Assembly: GCA_035502035.1 (NCBI GenBank) | Contig: DATJUZ010000049.1 | Location: forward strand, 5,475-69,474 | DNA length: 64,000 bases | Source: Thermoplasmata archaeon | Lineage (GTDB): Archaea; Thermoplasmatota; Thermoplasmata; Lutacidiplasmatales; UBA184 | Reading direction: 5' to 3' | Shown: positions 25,969 to 35,755 of the stretch, one piece after another | How positions within the stretch are numbered: position 1 is the stretch's first letter | Layout: every line of letters begins with the position of its first letter | Program-made: the position numbers and the translations under genes | Notes under the pieces: generated by a model | Databases searched by the model: none | What the model saw: the letters and a program-made list of their open reading frames with translations, nothing else | Told to the model about the DNA's origin: nothing

Positions 25969-26901
25969 GTGTCGGCGGCGGTCGAGGTCGACGGGCTGGT
26001 CAAGCGCTACGGTGACCTGACCGCGGTCGACGGGATCCGCTTCGAGGTCGCTCCGGGCAGCGTCTTCGCGTTCCTGGGGCCGAACGGGGCGGGCAAGACG
26101 ACGACCGTCGAGGTGCTCGAGGGGCTGCGCCGGGCGACCGCCGGCACCGTGCGCGTCCTCGGCCTCGACCCGTGGACGGCCGGCGACGAGGTCCACCGAC
26201 GCATCGGCGTGATCCCCCAGGACTTCCGCTTCTTCGAGAAGATCACGGCGCGCGAGGCCGTCGAGTACTACGGGACCCTCTTCGGCCGGCGCGTCGACCC
26301 GGCCGACCTGCTCGCCCGGGTCGAGCTCGCGGACAAGGCCGACGCCCGGTTCGACACGCTCTCGGGCGGCCAGAAGCAGAAGCTCGGTCTCGCGCTCGCG
26401 CTGACCAACGACCCCGAGGTCTGCTTCCTGGACGAGCCGACGACCGGCCTCGACCCGCACGCCCGCCGGGCGATCTGGTCGGTCATCCGCTCGCTGCGGC
26501 GCGACCGGAGGACGATCTTCCTGACGACCCACTACCTCGAGGAGGCGCAGCTGCTCGCCGACCGCGTAGCGATCATCCACCACGGCAAGATCATCGCGGC
26601 CGGGACCCCGGAGGAGATCATCCACGCCTACGGCGGTCCGCCATCGCTCCGGGTGCGCGCTCCGGCGGCGCTCGTCGACCGGCTGCGCGGCGAGCTCGGC
26701 GTGGAGGCCCACGTCGAAGGGGAGGAGGTCGTCGTCCGTCTCGCGGACCAGCGCGACGCCCTGCGCGTCCTGAGCGCGATCGACCGCAGCGGCCTCCCCT
26801 GGGACGGCGTGGCGACCCAGACCGACACGCTCGAGGACGTCTTCGTCCGCCTGGTCGGGCGGATGGACGACGGCGCCCTCCCGCCGGAGGGCGCGCCGTG
26901 A
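25969..26901 (+). CDS. ABC transporter ATP-binding protein (ABC-2/DrrA type)
   Basis: Walker A GPNGAGKTTT, signature LSGGQKQKL and Walker B FLDEPT. Confidence 0.85.
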   Translation: MSAAVEVDGLVKRYGDLTAVDGIRFEVAPGSVFAFLGPNGAGKTTTVEVLEGLRRATAGTVRVLGLDPWTAGDEVHRRIGVIPQDFRFFEKITAREAVEYYGTLFGRRVDPADLLARVELADKADARFDTLSGGQKQKLGLALALTNDPEVCFLDEPTTGLDPHARRAIWSVIRSLRRDRRTIFLTTHYLEEAQLLADRVAIIHHGKIIAAGTPEEIIHAYGGPPSLRVRAPAALVDRLRGELGVEAHVEGEEVVVRLADQRDALRVLSAIDRSGLPWDGVATQTDTLEDVFVRLVGRMDDGALPPEGAP

Positions 26902-28022
26902 AGCTCCGTCGCATCGGCGCCGACTTTCGCGTGGTCTACCGGTCGTACACGCGCAACCCGGTCGCCCTGTTCTTCTCGCTGATCTTCCCGATCATCCTGA
27001 TCGGCCTCTTCGGCCTCATCTTCTCGGCGGTCGGCTCCTCCACGACGACCCTCTACGTCGTGAACGCCGACCACGACTCGGCTCCGAGCGTCCTCTTCCT
27101 CGCGGACCTGAACGCGACCCGGGTGGTGCACGTCCAGCTCGTGAACGTGAGCGCTAGCGACCTCGGCAGCTGGCTCGGCCGGAACGACGCACCGGTCGGC
27201 CTCGTGGTGCCGGCCGGCTTCGGCGCCGACTACGCCGCCAACCGCTCGGTGAACGTCACGGTGTATACCGACCCGCTGGACGCCGCCGACAGCGGCGCCG
27301 CCGTGGGCGCGATCGACGAGGTCGTCAACGAGTTCAACCTCGGCCACATCCGCAGCGCCTGCGGGAGCGGGCCGGGGTGCGCCCCGGTCGTCGGCGTCGC
27401 CTCCGCGCAGGTCGGCAGCGCCGTCTACTCCTACATCGACTACCTGATCCCGGGGCTGATCGGCTTCTCGATCCTGACGAGCCCGATGTTCTCGCTGGTC
27501 GACATCAGCTCCTCCTACCGGAAGGAGGGGATCTTCCGGGAGCTCTCGCTCACTCCCCTCACGCGGAGCGAGTGGCTCACCGCGCGGATCGCCTGGTACA
27601 TCGTCCTGACGTTCGTCTCCGCCGGGATCATGATCGGCACCGGGGTCTTCGTCTTCGGCGCCCACGTGACGCTCACGCTCGGCGTCCTGCCGTTCCTCGT
27701 GGTCGGCCCGTTCTTCTTCGTCTCCCTCGGGATGCTCTGCGGGTCGGCCGCCCGCACCCCGGAGAGCGCCGCGCTGATCGGCAACATCGTGACGTTCCCG
27801 ATGATGTTCCTCTCGGGGACGTTCTTCGCGGTCTCGAGCTTCCCGCCGTACCTGCAGGCGGTCGCGCACGCGCTGCCGCTCTACTACGTCATCGACGGCA
27901 TGAACCAGGTGATGCTGTTCCAGAACCTCGGCCGGGCGTTCTTCGATCTAGCGGTCGTCGTCGTCAGCTCCGGGGTCGTCTTCGCCCTCGCCGTCCGCCT
28001 GTTCCGCTGGCGGGACGAATGA
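26898..28022 (+). CDS. ABC-2 family permease
   Basis: A GTG start overlaps the ATPase stop. Six or more TM helices with an ABC-2 membrane-domain pattern. Confidence 0.7.
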   Translation: MKLRRIGADFRVVYRSYTRNPVALFFSLIFPIILIGLFGLIFSAVGSSTTTLYVVNADHDSAPSVLFLADLNATRVVHVQLVNVSASDLGSWLGRNDAPVGLVVPAGFGADYAANRSVNVTVYTDPLDAADSGAAVGAIDEVVNEFNLGHIRSACGSGPGCAPVVGVASAQVGSAVYSYIDYLIPGLIGFSILTSPMFSLVDISSSYRKEGIFRELSLTPLTRSEWLTARIAWYIVLTFVSAGIMIGTGVFVFGAHVTLTLGVLPFLVVGPFFFVSLGMLCGSAARTPESAALIGNIVTFPMMFLSGTFFAVSSFPPYLQAVAHALPLYYVIDGMNQVMLFQNLGRAFFDLAVVVVSSGVVFALAVRLFRWRDE

Positions 28023-28549
28023 CGGCTCCGGACGCGCCGGTCGACCCCGCCGCCTTCCGCAGCGCGATGGGACGGTGGGCGACCGGCGTGAGCGTCGTCA
28101 CCGCCCACGCCGGGGGGGTCGACGCCGGGCTCACGGTCAACGCCCTCCTCTCGGTCGCCCTCGCGCCGCCGACGCTCCTCGTGAGCCTGCAGCGCGACGT
28201 CGAGGCGCTGCCGGTCCTCCGCGCGAGCGGACGGTTCGCGGTCAGCCTGCTCGCCGCCGACCAGCGGGAGCTCAGCGTCCGCTTCGCCGCGGCGGTCCCG
28301 TCCGTCGAGAAATTCCGCGGGCTCGCCTTCCACCGCGGGGCGACCGGGGCCCCCCTGCTGGACGGGGCGCTCGCCGTCTTCGAGTGCCGTCGTCTCTCCG
28401 AGACCGCGGCGTTCGACCACGTGCTCGTCGTCGGGGAGGTCGTCCGCCTCGAGGCCGGCCCGGACCGGGCCCCGCTCCTGTTCTACCGCGGAGCCTACGC
28501 CGACGAGGAGGCGCCGGGGCGCCTCGCGCTCGGCCGGCGCGGCCCGTAG
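28019..28549 (+). CDS. Flavin reductase-like (NAD(P)H:flavin oxidoreductase, HpaC/RutF family)
   Basis: FRSAMGRWATGVSVVTA...GLTVNALLSVALAPPTLLVSL is flavin_reduct domain-like. The ATG at 28019 overlaps the permease stop. Confidence 0.6.
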   Translation: MTAPDAPVDPAAFRSAMGRWATGVSVVTAHAGGVDAGLTVNALLSVALAPPTLLVSLQRDVEALPVLRASGRFAVSLLAADQRELSVRFAAAVPSVEKFRGLAFHRGATGAPLLDGALAVFECRRLSETAAFDHVLVVGEVVRLEAGPDRAPLLFYRGAYADEEAPGRLALGRRGP

Positions 28550-28631
28550 GAAGCCGGCGTTCCGGCCAGGGGTGGCGTCGCCGCCAGCGGCCCCGCCGCC
28601 GCTTTAACCCGGTCGGGCCGTCATCGCCCCG

Positions 28632-29603
28632 ATGGCCGTGGTCCGCTCGCCGGTGGCCCTCGCGATCGTCGGGAGCGGTCCGGCCGGGCTCACCGCGGCG
28701 CTCTACGCCGCGCGGGCGGAGCTCGCGCCGCTCGTGATCGCCGGCGTCCCCGCGGGCGGCCAGCTGCTGGTCACGACCGACGTCGAGAACTACCCCGGCT
28801 TTCCGGAGCCCGTGATGGGACCGGAGCTCATCGAGCGGATGCGGCGGCAGGCCGAGCGGTTCGGCGCGGAGTTCCTGGACGACAACGTCGCCTCCGTCGG
28901 GTTCGGGGAGCGCCCGTTCACGTTGCGCACGGGCACCCATGGCACGGTTCGAGCCGACGCCGTCATCGTCGCGACGGGGGCGAACGCGCGGTGGCTGGGT
29001 CTTCCTTCCGAGAAGCGGCTGCTCGGGCACGGCGTCAGCGCCTGCGCGACGTGCGACGGGTTCTTCTTCAAGGGCCGCGAACTCGTCGTCGTCGGCGGCG
29101 GGGACACCGCGATGGAGGAGGCGCTCTTCCTCACGAAGTTCGCGAACACCGTCACGGTCGTGCACCGCCGCGACCGTCTCCGGGCCAGCACGATCATGCA
29201 GGAGCGCGCCCGGCGCCACCCGAAGATCACGCTCCGCCTCAACAGCGAGGTCGTCGACGTCCTGGGGGAGGGGTCGGTGGAGCGCGTGCGGCTGCGCGAC
29301 ACGCGGACCGGCGCCACGAGCGAGCTCGCCGCCGGCGGGCTGTTCGTCGCGATAGGGCACGTGCCGGCGACCGAGGTCCTCCGGGGGGCGCTCGAGCTGG
29401 ACGAGCAGGGGTACGTCCGGACGCACGACGGGACGCGGACGAGCGTCGACGGCGTCTTCGCCGCCGGGGACGTCCGGGACCACCGGTACCGGCAGGCGGT
29501 GACGGCCGCGGGCGACGGGTGCATGGCCGCGATCGACGCCGAGCGGTGGCTCGCGGAGCCGGGCCACGCGAGCGGACCGGCCCGGCCGGCCGCCGCCGGC
29601 TGA
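28632..29603 (+). CDS. trxB: Thioredoxin-disulfide reductase
   Basis: GSGPAG and GGGDTA dinucleotide-binding motifs plus the CATCDG redox-active disulfide. Confidence 0.85.
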   Translation: MAVVRSPVALAIVGSGPAGLTAALYAARAELAPLVIAGVPAGGQLLVTTDVENYPGFPEPVMGPELIERMRRQAERFGAEFLDDNVASVGFGERPFTLRTGTHGTVRADAVIVATGANARWLGLPSEKRLLGHGVSACATCDGFFFKGRELVVVGGGDTAMEEALFLTKFANTVTVVHRRDRLRASTIMQERARRHPKITLRLNSEVVDVLGEGSVERVRLRDTRTGATSELAAGGLFVAIGHVPATEVLRGALELDEQGYVRTHDGTRTSVDGVFAAGDVRDHRYRQAVTAAGDGCMAAIDAERWLAEPGHASGPARPAAAG

Positions 29604-29622
29604 GCCCGCGACCGGGGGCCCC

Positions 29623-29874
29623 GTGCCCCTCGCCGGGAGCCTTTATGTGCGTCGGGCCCGCTGTCCGCGCGGGTACCGGCGGGTGCCGAACAAGAAGAGC
29701 CTGCACATCGAGTCGAGCGGCCAGCTCTGCATCTACTGCGGGGCGTGCGTCGGGATCTGCCCGCTCAACTGCATCTACCTGGACGAGACGCGGATCACCT
29801 TCGACGAGAAGGTCTGCACGCGCTGCGAGGTCTGCGTGAAGGCCTGCCCGGTCGGGGCGATCGAGATCGGCTAG
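29623..29874 (+). CDS. 2x[4Fe-4S] ferredoxin, probable electron donor to the adjacent geranylgeranyl reductase
   Basis: CIYCGACVGICP and CTRCEVCVKACP motifs. An alternative GTG start near 29680 gives a ~65-aa protein. Confidence 0.7.
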   Translation: MPLAGSLYVRRARCPRGYRRVPNKKSLHIESSGQLCIYCGACVGICPLNCIYLDETRITFDEKVCTRCEVCVKACPVGAIEIG

Positions 29875-29893
29875 GCGCCCGGGACGGCCCGCG

Positions 29894-31084
29894 ATGGCTC
29901 AGGATCTCTCGACCGACGTGCTGGTGATCGGCGGCGGCCCCGCCGGCGCCATGACCGCGAAGTGGGCGGCCCGCCAGGGGGCATCCGTCCTCCTCATCGA
30001 GAAGCGCCAGGAGATCGGCAGCCCGGTGCGCTGCGGCGAGGGGATGAGCAAGGAGTGGCTCGCCGAGGTCGGCATCAAGCCGGGCCGCTGGATCAACGTC
30101 GAGGTCGAGGGGGCCCGCATCTACTCCCCGAGCGAGAAGGTCTTTGAGATCAACGAAAAGCATGCCGGCAACGAGGTCGGCTACGTGGTCGAGCGCGACG
30201 AGTTCGACAAGCAGCTCGCGATCGACGCGGCCAACGCCGGGGTCGAGATCCGCCTGAAGACGGCGGCCGTCGCGATGCTCCGCGAGGGCGGACGCATCGT
30301 CGGCGCCCGGGTGAAGCAGTTCGGCGAGGCGTACGACGTCCGCGCGAAGGTGACCGTCGGCGCCGACGGCTTCGAGAGCCAGGTCGGACGCTGGGCGGGG
30401 ATCTCGACCAACATCGCGATGCGCGACATGGACACGTGCCTGCAGTACCGCATGACGAACGTCGGCAGCGACGTCCGCTACTGCGACTTCTACCTCGGCA
30501 AGGTCGCCCCCGGCGGCTACGTCTGGGTCTTCCCGAAGGGCGACGGGCTCGCCAACGTCGGGATCGGCGTCCAGGTCAGCCAGGTGTCGAGCCCGGCCGA
30601 CGCCCGGACCTACCTCGACCGGTGGATCGCCCACCACCCCGAGTACGCGAAGGGCAAGAAGATCGACATGGTCGGCGGCGGGGTCTCGATCTCGGCGCCG
30701 CTGAAGCAGACCGTCACCGACGGCCTCATGCTCGTCGGCGACGCCGCCCGGATGATCGACCCGCTGACCGGCGGGGGGATCGCGAACGGCTGCATCGCCG
30801 GCAAGATCTGCGGCACGGTCGCCGCCGACGCGGCCGCGGCCGGGGACGTCTCGAAGGAGTTCCTCCAGCGGTACGAGAAGGGCTGGAGGGCGCGGCTCGA
30901 GGAGAAGCTCTACCGCAACTGGCTCGCGAAGGAGAAGCTCGTCACCCTCAGCGACGAGACGTTCGACAAGATCGTCGAGGTGCTCTCGGGCGTCAAGCTC
31001 GAGAAGCTCAACGTCCACAACATCCTCAAGGCGGTCCACACGAAGTACCCCGAGGTGACGAAGGAGTTCGAGGCGTTCCTCTGA
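29894..31084 (+). CDS. Digeranylgeranylglycerophospholipid (geranylgeranyl) reductase, FAD-dependent
   Basis: VLVIGGGPAGAMTA is the FAD motif. Full-length similarity to archaeal GGR (...LMLVGDAARMIDPLTGGGIANG...). Confidence 0.85.
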   Translation: MAQDLSTDVLVIGGGPAGAMTAKWAARQGASVLLIEKRQEIGSPVRCGEGMSKEWLAEVGIKPGRWINVEVEGARIYSPSEKVFEINEKHAGNEVGYVVERDEFDKQLAIDAANAGVEIRLKTAAVAMLREGGRIVGARVKQFGEAYDVRAKVTVGADGFESQVGRWAGISTNIAMRDMDTCLQYRMTNVGSDVRYCDFYLGKVAPGGYVWVFPKGDGLANVGIGVQVSQVSSPADARTYLDRWIAHHPEYAKGKKIDMVGGGVSISAPLKQTVTDGLMLVGDAARMIDPLTGGGIANGCIAGKICGTVAADAAAAGDVSKEFLQRYEKGWRARLEEKLYRNWLAKEKLVTLSDETFDKIVEVLSGVKLEKLNVHNILKAVHTKYPEVTKEFEAFL

Positions 31085-31100
31085 ACGCCCCGCCCCGCGC

Positions 31101-31724
31101 ATGCCCGGAGCGCCGAACCGACCCCCCGAGATCGCCGGCGCGGCCCCTCCGGCCCCCCCGGCGGCCGAACCGCCGGAGGTGAAGCTGCTGCGCCGCCTCG
31201 TCCCCTCCCACGTCGCGCTGCTCCAGGAGTCCTGGAAGGGCGGCGTGCCGCCCGAGGTCGTCGCCCCGTACGAGAAGGCGCTCGGCGCCTTCCGCTCCGG
31301 CGACCTCGCCACCGCCGCGACGTCGCTCGACCAGCTCAGCATCCGCTTCGCCGAGCCGCGGTGGCCGTCGCTCGCCGAGCCGTTCAAGCGCCTCCGCGTC
31401 CCGATCCCCGCCCCGGTCCCTCCCCACTGGGACCCGGACCACGCCCTGGAGGCGTCGGAGAAGGAGGCACGCCGGGCGCGCCGCGTCGCCGAAGAGCAGC
31501 TCCTCCTCGCCGAGGGGAGCGTCCGGTGGGCCGCCGCCCACGGGATCGACGCGGCCGCGCTCGAAGCCCCCCTCGCGGCCGCGCGGGCGGCGCTGGTCCA
31601 GCCGGGGGTCCCGGCCGAGTTCTACGCCGCGATCGATGGCGTCTGGCGCGATCTCGAGCCGCGCCTGCCGCCGCCGGGACGCGCCGGGAAGGCGCCGGCC
31701 GTCGCCCCCGCCGACGACGCCTAG
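31101..31724 (+). CDS. Hypothetical Pro/Ala-rich protein
   Basis: ORF only. No motif recognised. Confidence 0.3.
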   Translation: MPGAPNRPPEIAGAAPPAPPAAEPPEVKLLRRLVPSHVALLQESWKGGVPPEVVAPYEKALGAFRSGDLATAATSLDQLSIRFAEPRWPSLAEPFKRLRVPIPAPVPPHWDPDHALEASEKEARRARRVAEEQLLLAEGSVRWAAAHGIDAAALEAPLAAARAALVQPGVPAEFYAAIDGVWRDLEPRLPPPGRAGKAPAVAPADDA

Positions 31725-31788
31725 GCCGTCGGGGGCCCGGAGCGACCGCGGGACAGCTTAATCGCCCGGGGCGGGTCGGCCGACCGGC

Positions 31789-32787
31789 ATGCTCGCGCCC
31801 CGGTTCGGAACGTTCTCGATCGTCGCCCACGACCCCGAGACCGGTTCCTGGGGGGTCGCCGTCCAGTCGAAGTTCATCGCCGTCGGCTCGATTGTCCCCT
31901 CAGCCTGGCCCGGCGTCGGGGCGGTCGCCAACCAGGCGCTCCCGAACCTGGCCTACGGTGCCGAGGCCCAGCGCCTGCTTGCCGGCGGGGCGAGCGCCGA
32001 GGAGGTCGTCCGCGCGCTGACCGCCTCCGACCCGCAGCGCGAGGAGCGGCAGCTCGGGGTCGTCGACGCGAAGGGTCGCGCCGCCGCCCACACCGGAAAG
32101 GCCTGCTTCGACTGGGCCGGCCACGAGGTCGGCCCGGGGTTCTCCTGCCAGGGGAACACCCTCTTCGGCCCGGACGTCGTCCGCGCGATGGCGCGCGCCT
32201 ACGCGTCGACCGGCGGGGACATCCTCGACCGGCTCCTCGCCTCGCTCGCCGCCGGCCAACGGGAGGGAGGGGACCGCCGCGGGATGCAGTCGGCGGCGCT
32301 CCTGGTCGTGCGCCGCGGGGCCGGCTACGGCGGCAGCGACCGCTGGGTCGACCTGCGGGTCGACGACCACCCGAGCCCGATCGAGGAGCTCGTCCGGGTC
32401 TTCCGGCTCTACGACCTCTCGATGCTGTCGCGGGAGGACCCGACCTCGCGCCGCCGGCTCGAGGGGGAGGTCGCGGCAGCGGTGCAGCACGACCTCGCGG
32501 TCCTCGGCTACTACACCGGCCGGCTCAACGGCAGCTGGGACGCTCCGAGCCGCGCGGCGTTCGTGCGGTTCGTCGGCGAGCACAACTTCGAAGGGAAGCA
32601 GGGCGACGACGGGACGATCTGGCCGTCGGTCCTGCGCTACCTGCGGGAACGCGCGGCGGCGGAGACGACCCGACGCACGCGGACCGCGCCGATCGTGCCC
32701 GGAGCGCTGGAACGCGGACCGGGCGCTGCGCCGCCAGGAGGAAGCGCATCCCCGCCGCGTCGACCCGACGCCCCGAGCTCCGACTGA
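31789..32787 (+). CDS. DUF1028 (Ntn-hydrolase-like) protein with a C-terminal putative peptidoglycan-binding-like domain
   Basis: N-terminal FGTFSIVAHDPETGSWGVAVQSKF. C-terminal AVLGYYTGRLNGSWDAPSRAAFVRFVGEHNFEG. Confidence 0.55.
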   Translation: MLAPRFGTFSIVAHDPETGSWGVAVQSKFIAVGSIVPSAWPGVGAVANQALPNLAYGAEAQRLLAGGASAEEVVRALTASDPQREERQLGVVDAKGRAAAHTGKACFDWAGHEVGPGFSCQGNTLFGPDVVRAMARAYASTGGDILDRLLASLAAGQREGGDRRGMQSAALLVVRRGAGYGGSDRWVDLRVDDHPSPIEELVRVFRLYDLSMLSREDPTSRRRLEGEVAAAVQHDLAVLGYYTGRLNGSWDAPSRAAFVRFVGEHNFEGKQGDDGTIWPSVLRYLRERAAAETTRRTRTAPIVPGALERGPGAAPPGGSASPPRRPDAPSSD

Positions 32788-33023
32788 CCGTCCGGGTCCG
32801 GGCCGACTGCGGCGCCGCGGCCGCCGCACGCGCGCTGCGGGCGGCGGTCCTGCCGGACACCCCGTCGTTCGTTCGGCTCACGGTGCGGGGGACCGCCCTC
32901 GAGGTCCGCCTCGAGGCGACCTCCGCGGCGAGCGCCCGCGCGACGCTGGACGACCTGCTCGCGTGCCTGAAGGCCGCCGAGCGGCTCGCGCCGCTACGGC
33001 GGGCCGGCCGCGCGCAGGGCTAG
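32784..33023 (+). CDS. Pcc1-like (KEOPS subunit) small ORF; the start codon is uncertain
   Basis: Translation ...LTVRVRADCGAAAAARALRAAVLPDTPSFVRLTVRGTALEVRLEATSAASARATLDDLLACLKAAERL matches the Pcc1 pattern (L.i.ieA.D..ALRA.lNsylrwlk.ae). No in-frame ATG/GTG/TTG at a sensible position. It overlaps the DUF1028 stop and the etfBA 3' end. Confidence 0.3.
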   Translation: MTVRVRADCGAAAAARALRAAVLPDTPSFVRLTVRGTALEVRLEATSAASARATLDDLLACLKAAERLAPLRRAGRAQG

Positions 33024-34814
33024 CGCGACCGGCTCGACGAGCGCCGGGACCACCGCCTCCAGCTCTCCGACGATCCCGACGTCCGCATCAGCGAAGACCG
33101 GCGCCTCCGGGTCGCGGTTGACGGCGACGACCGTCCCGGCCCGGCGCCAGCCGACCATGTGGTTGACCGCCCCGCGCACGCCGAGCAGTACGGCGAGGCG
33201 GGGGGCCAGGAGGCGGCCGGTGAGGCCGAGCTGTGCCCGCACCGGCAGCCACCCCGCGTCGACGACCCGACGCGTCCCGACGAGCGCGGCGTCCCAACGC
33301 TCGAGGAGGGGGCCGAGGGCCGCGATGCGCTCCGGACCCCCGATCCCCGCCCCGACCGCGACGACGACCTCGGCCCCGTCGGGCGAACGGCCCGCGACCG
33401 GCTCGTCGACCGCGCTCTCCCGGGCCAGCCGTCCGATCGGGGAAGGCACACGGATCCGGTGCCAGGCCCAGCCGTCGCCCGGTCGGCCCTCCCCGGACGG
33501 AACGGAGGCGCCGGGCGGCATCGTGACGACCGTCGGGGACGAGCGCGATCGGACCGCCGCGACGGTCCGGCCGCCGAACGACGGTTTCGTCCACTCGAGC
33601 GGCCCGTCCGGGGCGACCCGGACCTCGAGCGCGTCGCCGACCGCGCCGAGCCGGCGCCGACCGGCGAGCAGCCCTGCGGCCTCGCGCCCGAACGGGGTCG
33701 ACGGAGCGACCAGGGCCGCCAGCTTCGGCCGCTCGTCGAGCAGGCGGTCGAGGCCGTCGCTGACGTCCCGCACATCGAACCTCGCCCCCTCCGTGTCGAG
33801 ATGGAACCCGCCCAGCGCGCCGGCCCGCTCCAGCGCCGCCGAGCCTCCGAGGTCGGGGGCCGGGCCGTAGACGACCGCCGTGACCGTGTGATCCGGCAGC
33901 GCGTGCCGAAGGGTGGAGAGCGTCCCGACGGTCGACGGGTCGATCCGGCCGGTGTCGTCCGAGACGAGGACCGCGATCTCCCGCGATGCCTCGAAGGCGG
34001 GCGGCCACGGGAGCGGAGGGGGCCCCGGATGCCGCACGAGCAGGGGCGCGAGCGCCTCGACCGCGGCCCGCACCCGATCGGCGACGCTCCCCCCGGCGCA
34101 TCGCCGGCCTTCACGGTGGGAATCGACGTCGGCGACCGACGCCACGCGCGTCGGGGAAGCGAACTCCCCGACCTCGCCGTCGCCGAGGCCCAGGTCGACC
34201 GGGGCGAGCGTCCGGATCGACCCGTCGTCGACGGCGCGCATCGCCTCCTCGCTCACGTGGAGCGGCTTGCCGATCTTCTCGCCGACCGCGACGACGGCCG
34301 GCGGGACGAGGCGGACGGTCGCGTGGCCCCGCGCGGTCTCGTGGACGATCTCGAGGGGCTCCGGGCCGTCCCCACGACGCACCGCACGCGCCCCCGTGAC
34401 GAGCGGCACGTCGAGCAGGGCGGCGACCTCCGGGCCGACGAGGCCGGTGTCGCTGTCGGTCGAGCGGCTGCCGGCGAGGACCAGGTCGGCCCGCAGGCCG
34501 CGGAGCGCGGCGGCGAGCACGGAGGCGGTCGCGAGGACGTCCGAGCCCGCGAACGCGGGAGCGCAGAGATGGAGCGCGCGGTCGGCGCCGAGCGCGACCG
34601 CCTCGCGCAGCAGCGGGCGGACGGACGGCGGTCCGAGCGCCACGACCGTCAGCCGCTCGGGAACGCGCCGCAGCGCGAGCCCGACGCGCAGCGCGCGCTG
34701 GTCGAACGGGTTCGCGACGAGCTCGACGGACTCCCGCGCCACCGCGCGCCGGACCGGGTCGTAGCGCAGCTCCTCCGAGAGCGGCACCCCCTTCAGTAGG
34801 ACCGCGAGCTCCAC
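32994..34814 (-). CDS. Electron-transfer flavoprotein, fused beta (N-terminal) + alpha (C-terminal) subunits
   Basis: The N-terminus MELAVLLKGVP...VANPFDQRALRVGLAL is EtfB/FixA. The C-terminus ...LLAPRLAVLLGVRGAVNHMVGWRRAGTVVAVNRDPEAPVF is EtfA/FixB FAD-binding. 606 aa in a single ORF. Confidence 0.75.
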   Translation of the reverse strand: MELAVLLKGVPLSEELRYDPVRRAVARESVELVANPFDQRALRVGLALRRVPERLTVVALGPPSVRPLLREAVALGADRALHLCAPAFAGSDVLATASVLAAALRGLRADLVLAGSRSTDSDTGLVGPEVAALLDVPLVTGARAVRRGDGPEPLEIVHETARGHATVRLVPPAVVAVGEKIGKPLHVSEEAMRAVDDGSIRTLAPVDLGLGDGEVGEFASPTRVASVADVDSHREGRRCAGGSVADRVRAAVEALAPLLVRHPGPPPLPWPPAFEASREIAVLVSDDTGRIDPSTVGTLSTLRHALPDHTVTAVVYGPAPDLGGSAALERAGALGGFHLDTEGARFDVRDVSDGLDRLLDERPKLAALVAPSTPFGREAAGLLAGRRRLGAVGDALEVRVAPDGPLEWTKPSFGGRTVAAVRSRSSPTVVTMPPGASVPSGEGRPGDGWAWHRIRVPSPIGRLARESAVDEPVAGRSPDGAEVVVAVGAGIGGPERIAALGPLLERWDAALVGTRRVVDAGWLPVRAQLGLTGRLLAPRLAVLLGVRGAVNHMVGWRRAGTVVAVNRDPEAPVFADADVGIVGELEAVVPALVEPVALALRAAGPP

Positions 34815-34846
34815 GGACGGACCGCTGTCGCTGGCCGCGGGCCGAT

Positions 34847-35707
34847 ATGAGGGCCCGGACGGTCCCTCGAGGCATGGCGGGAGGGGACGGTCGCCCGGCG
34901 GGCGGCCCGCCTCCCTCGGTCGCTCGCTACGCGATCGGCGTCATCGTCCTCGTCGGGGCGATCGCGAGCCAGTACGTCCTCCCGCAGCACGTCGCGGCCT
35001 TCCGGGCCGTCTACGGCACGCTCGTCGGCGACGTCGCGGTCGTCTACCTCCTGCCCGTCCTCGTCTTCGCCCTGCTCGTCGGCGCGGGACCGCTGCGGGG
35101 GTGGCGGGCCCACTTCGCGATCGCGGTCCCGCGGGGGCTCGGGTGGTACGGGGTGCTGAGCCTGCTCGCGCTGGTCGTGCTGTTCGTCTCGGCGCTCGTC
35201 TATCTCGCGGTCGACCCCGGCGCCCTCCGGCTGCTCGATCGGCCGAACCCGGCGCTGGAGGCGGCGCGGGGCGACCCGTGGTTCTTCGTCGGCTTCTCGT
35301 TCGTCGTCGGGGCGTTCGAGGAGACGCTGTTCCGGGGCTGGGTCTTCGGCTACTGGCTCGCCCGCCGGACCCCCTGGCTGCTGCCGGCCCTGCTGTCGAG
35401 CGCGCTGTTCGCGGCGGTCCACCTCTACTACGGCACGACCTACGGCGCGGCGGCCCCGCTCGTCTTCCCGACGCTGTTCCTCATCGGCTTCGCGTTCGCG
35501 GCGACGTACCGCGACGCCGGGGGGAACCTGGTCGTCCCGGCGCTCCTGCACGGCGCCAACGACGCCGCGGCGTACCTGACGCTCGTCTCGCTTCTCGCCG
35601 GCGAGGCGCTCCACTGGACCGTCGTCCTGGTCGGCGCCCTCGTCATGCTCGTGCTCTGGGCGCTCCGTCCGAGGGGGGCGCTGCCGGCCCCGGCGCTGCC
35701 GTCCTGA
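34847..35707 (+). CDS. CPBP-family (CAAX/Abi) intramembrane metalloprotease
   Basis: EETLFRG, FAAVH and HGANDAAAY motifs in a multi-TM protein. Confidence 0.75.
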   Translation: MRARTVPRGMAGGDGRPAGGPPPSVARYAIGVIVLVGAIASQYVLPQHVAAFRAVYGTLVGDVAVVYLLPVLVFALLVGAGPLRGWRAHFAIAVPRGLGWYGVLSLLALVVLFVSALVYLAVDPGALRLLDRPNPALEAARGDPWFFVGFSFVVGAFEETLFRGWVFGYWLARRTPWLLPALLSSALFAAVHLYYGTTYGAAAPLVFPTLFLIGFAFAATYRDAGGNLVVPALLHGANDAAAYLTLVSLLAGEALHWTVVLVGALVMLVLWALRPRGALPAPALPS

Positions 35708-35755
35708 GCCGCCCCGGGCGACAGGGTCATCTATCGACGGTCGTCGCTCCGCCCG

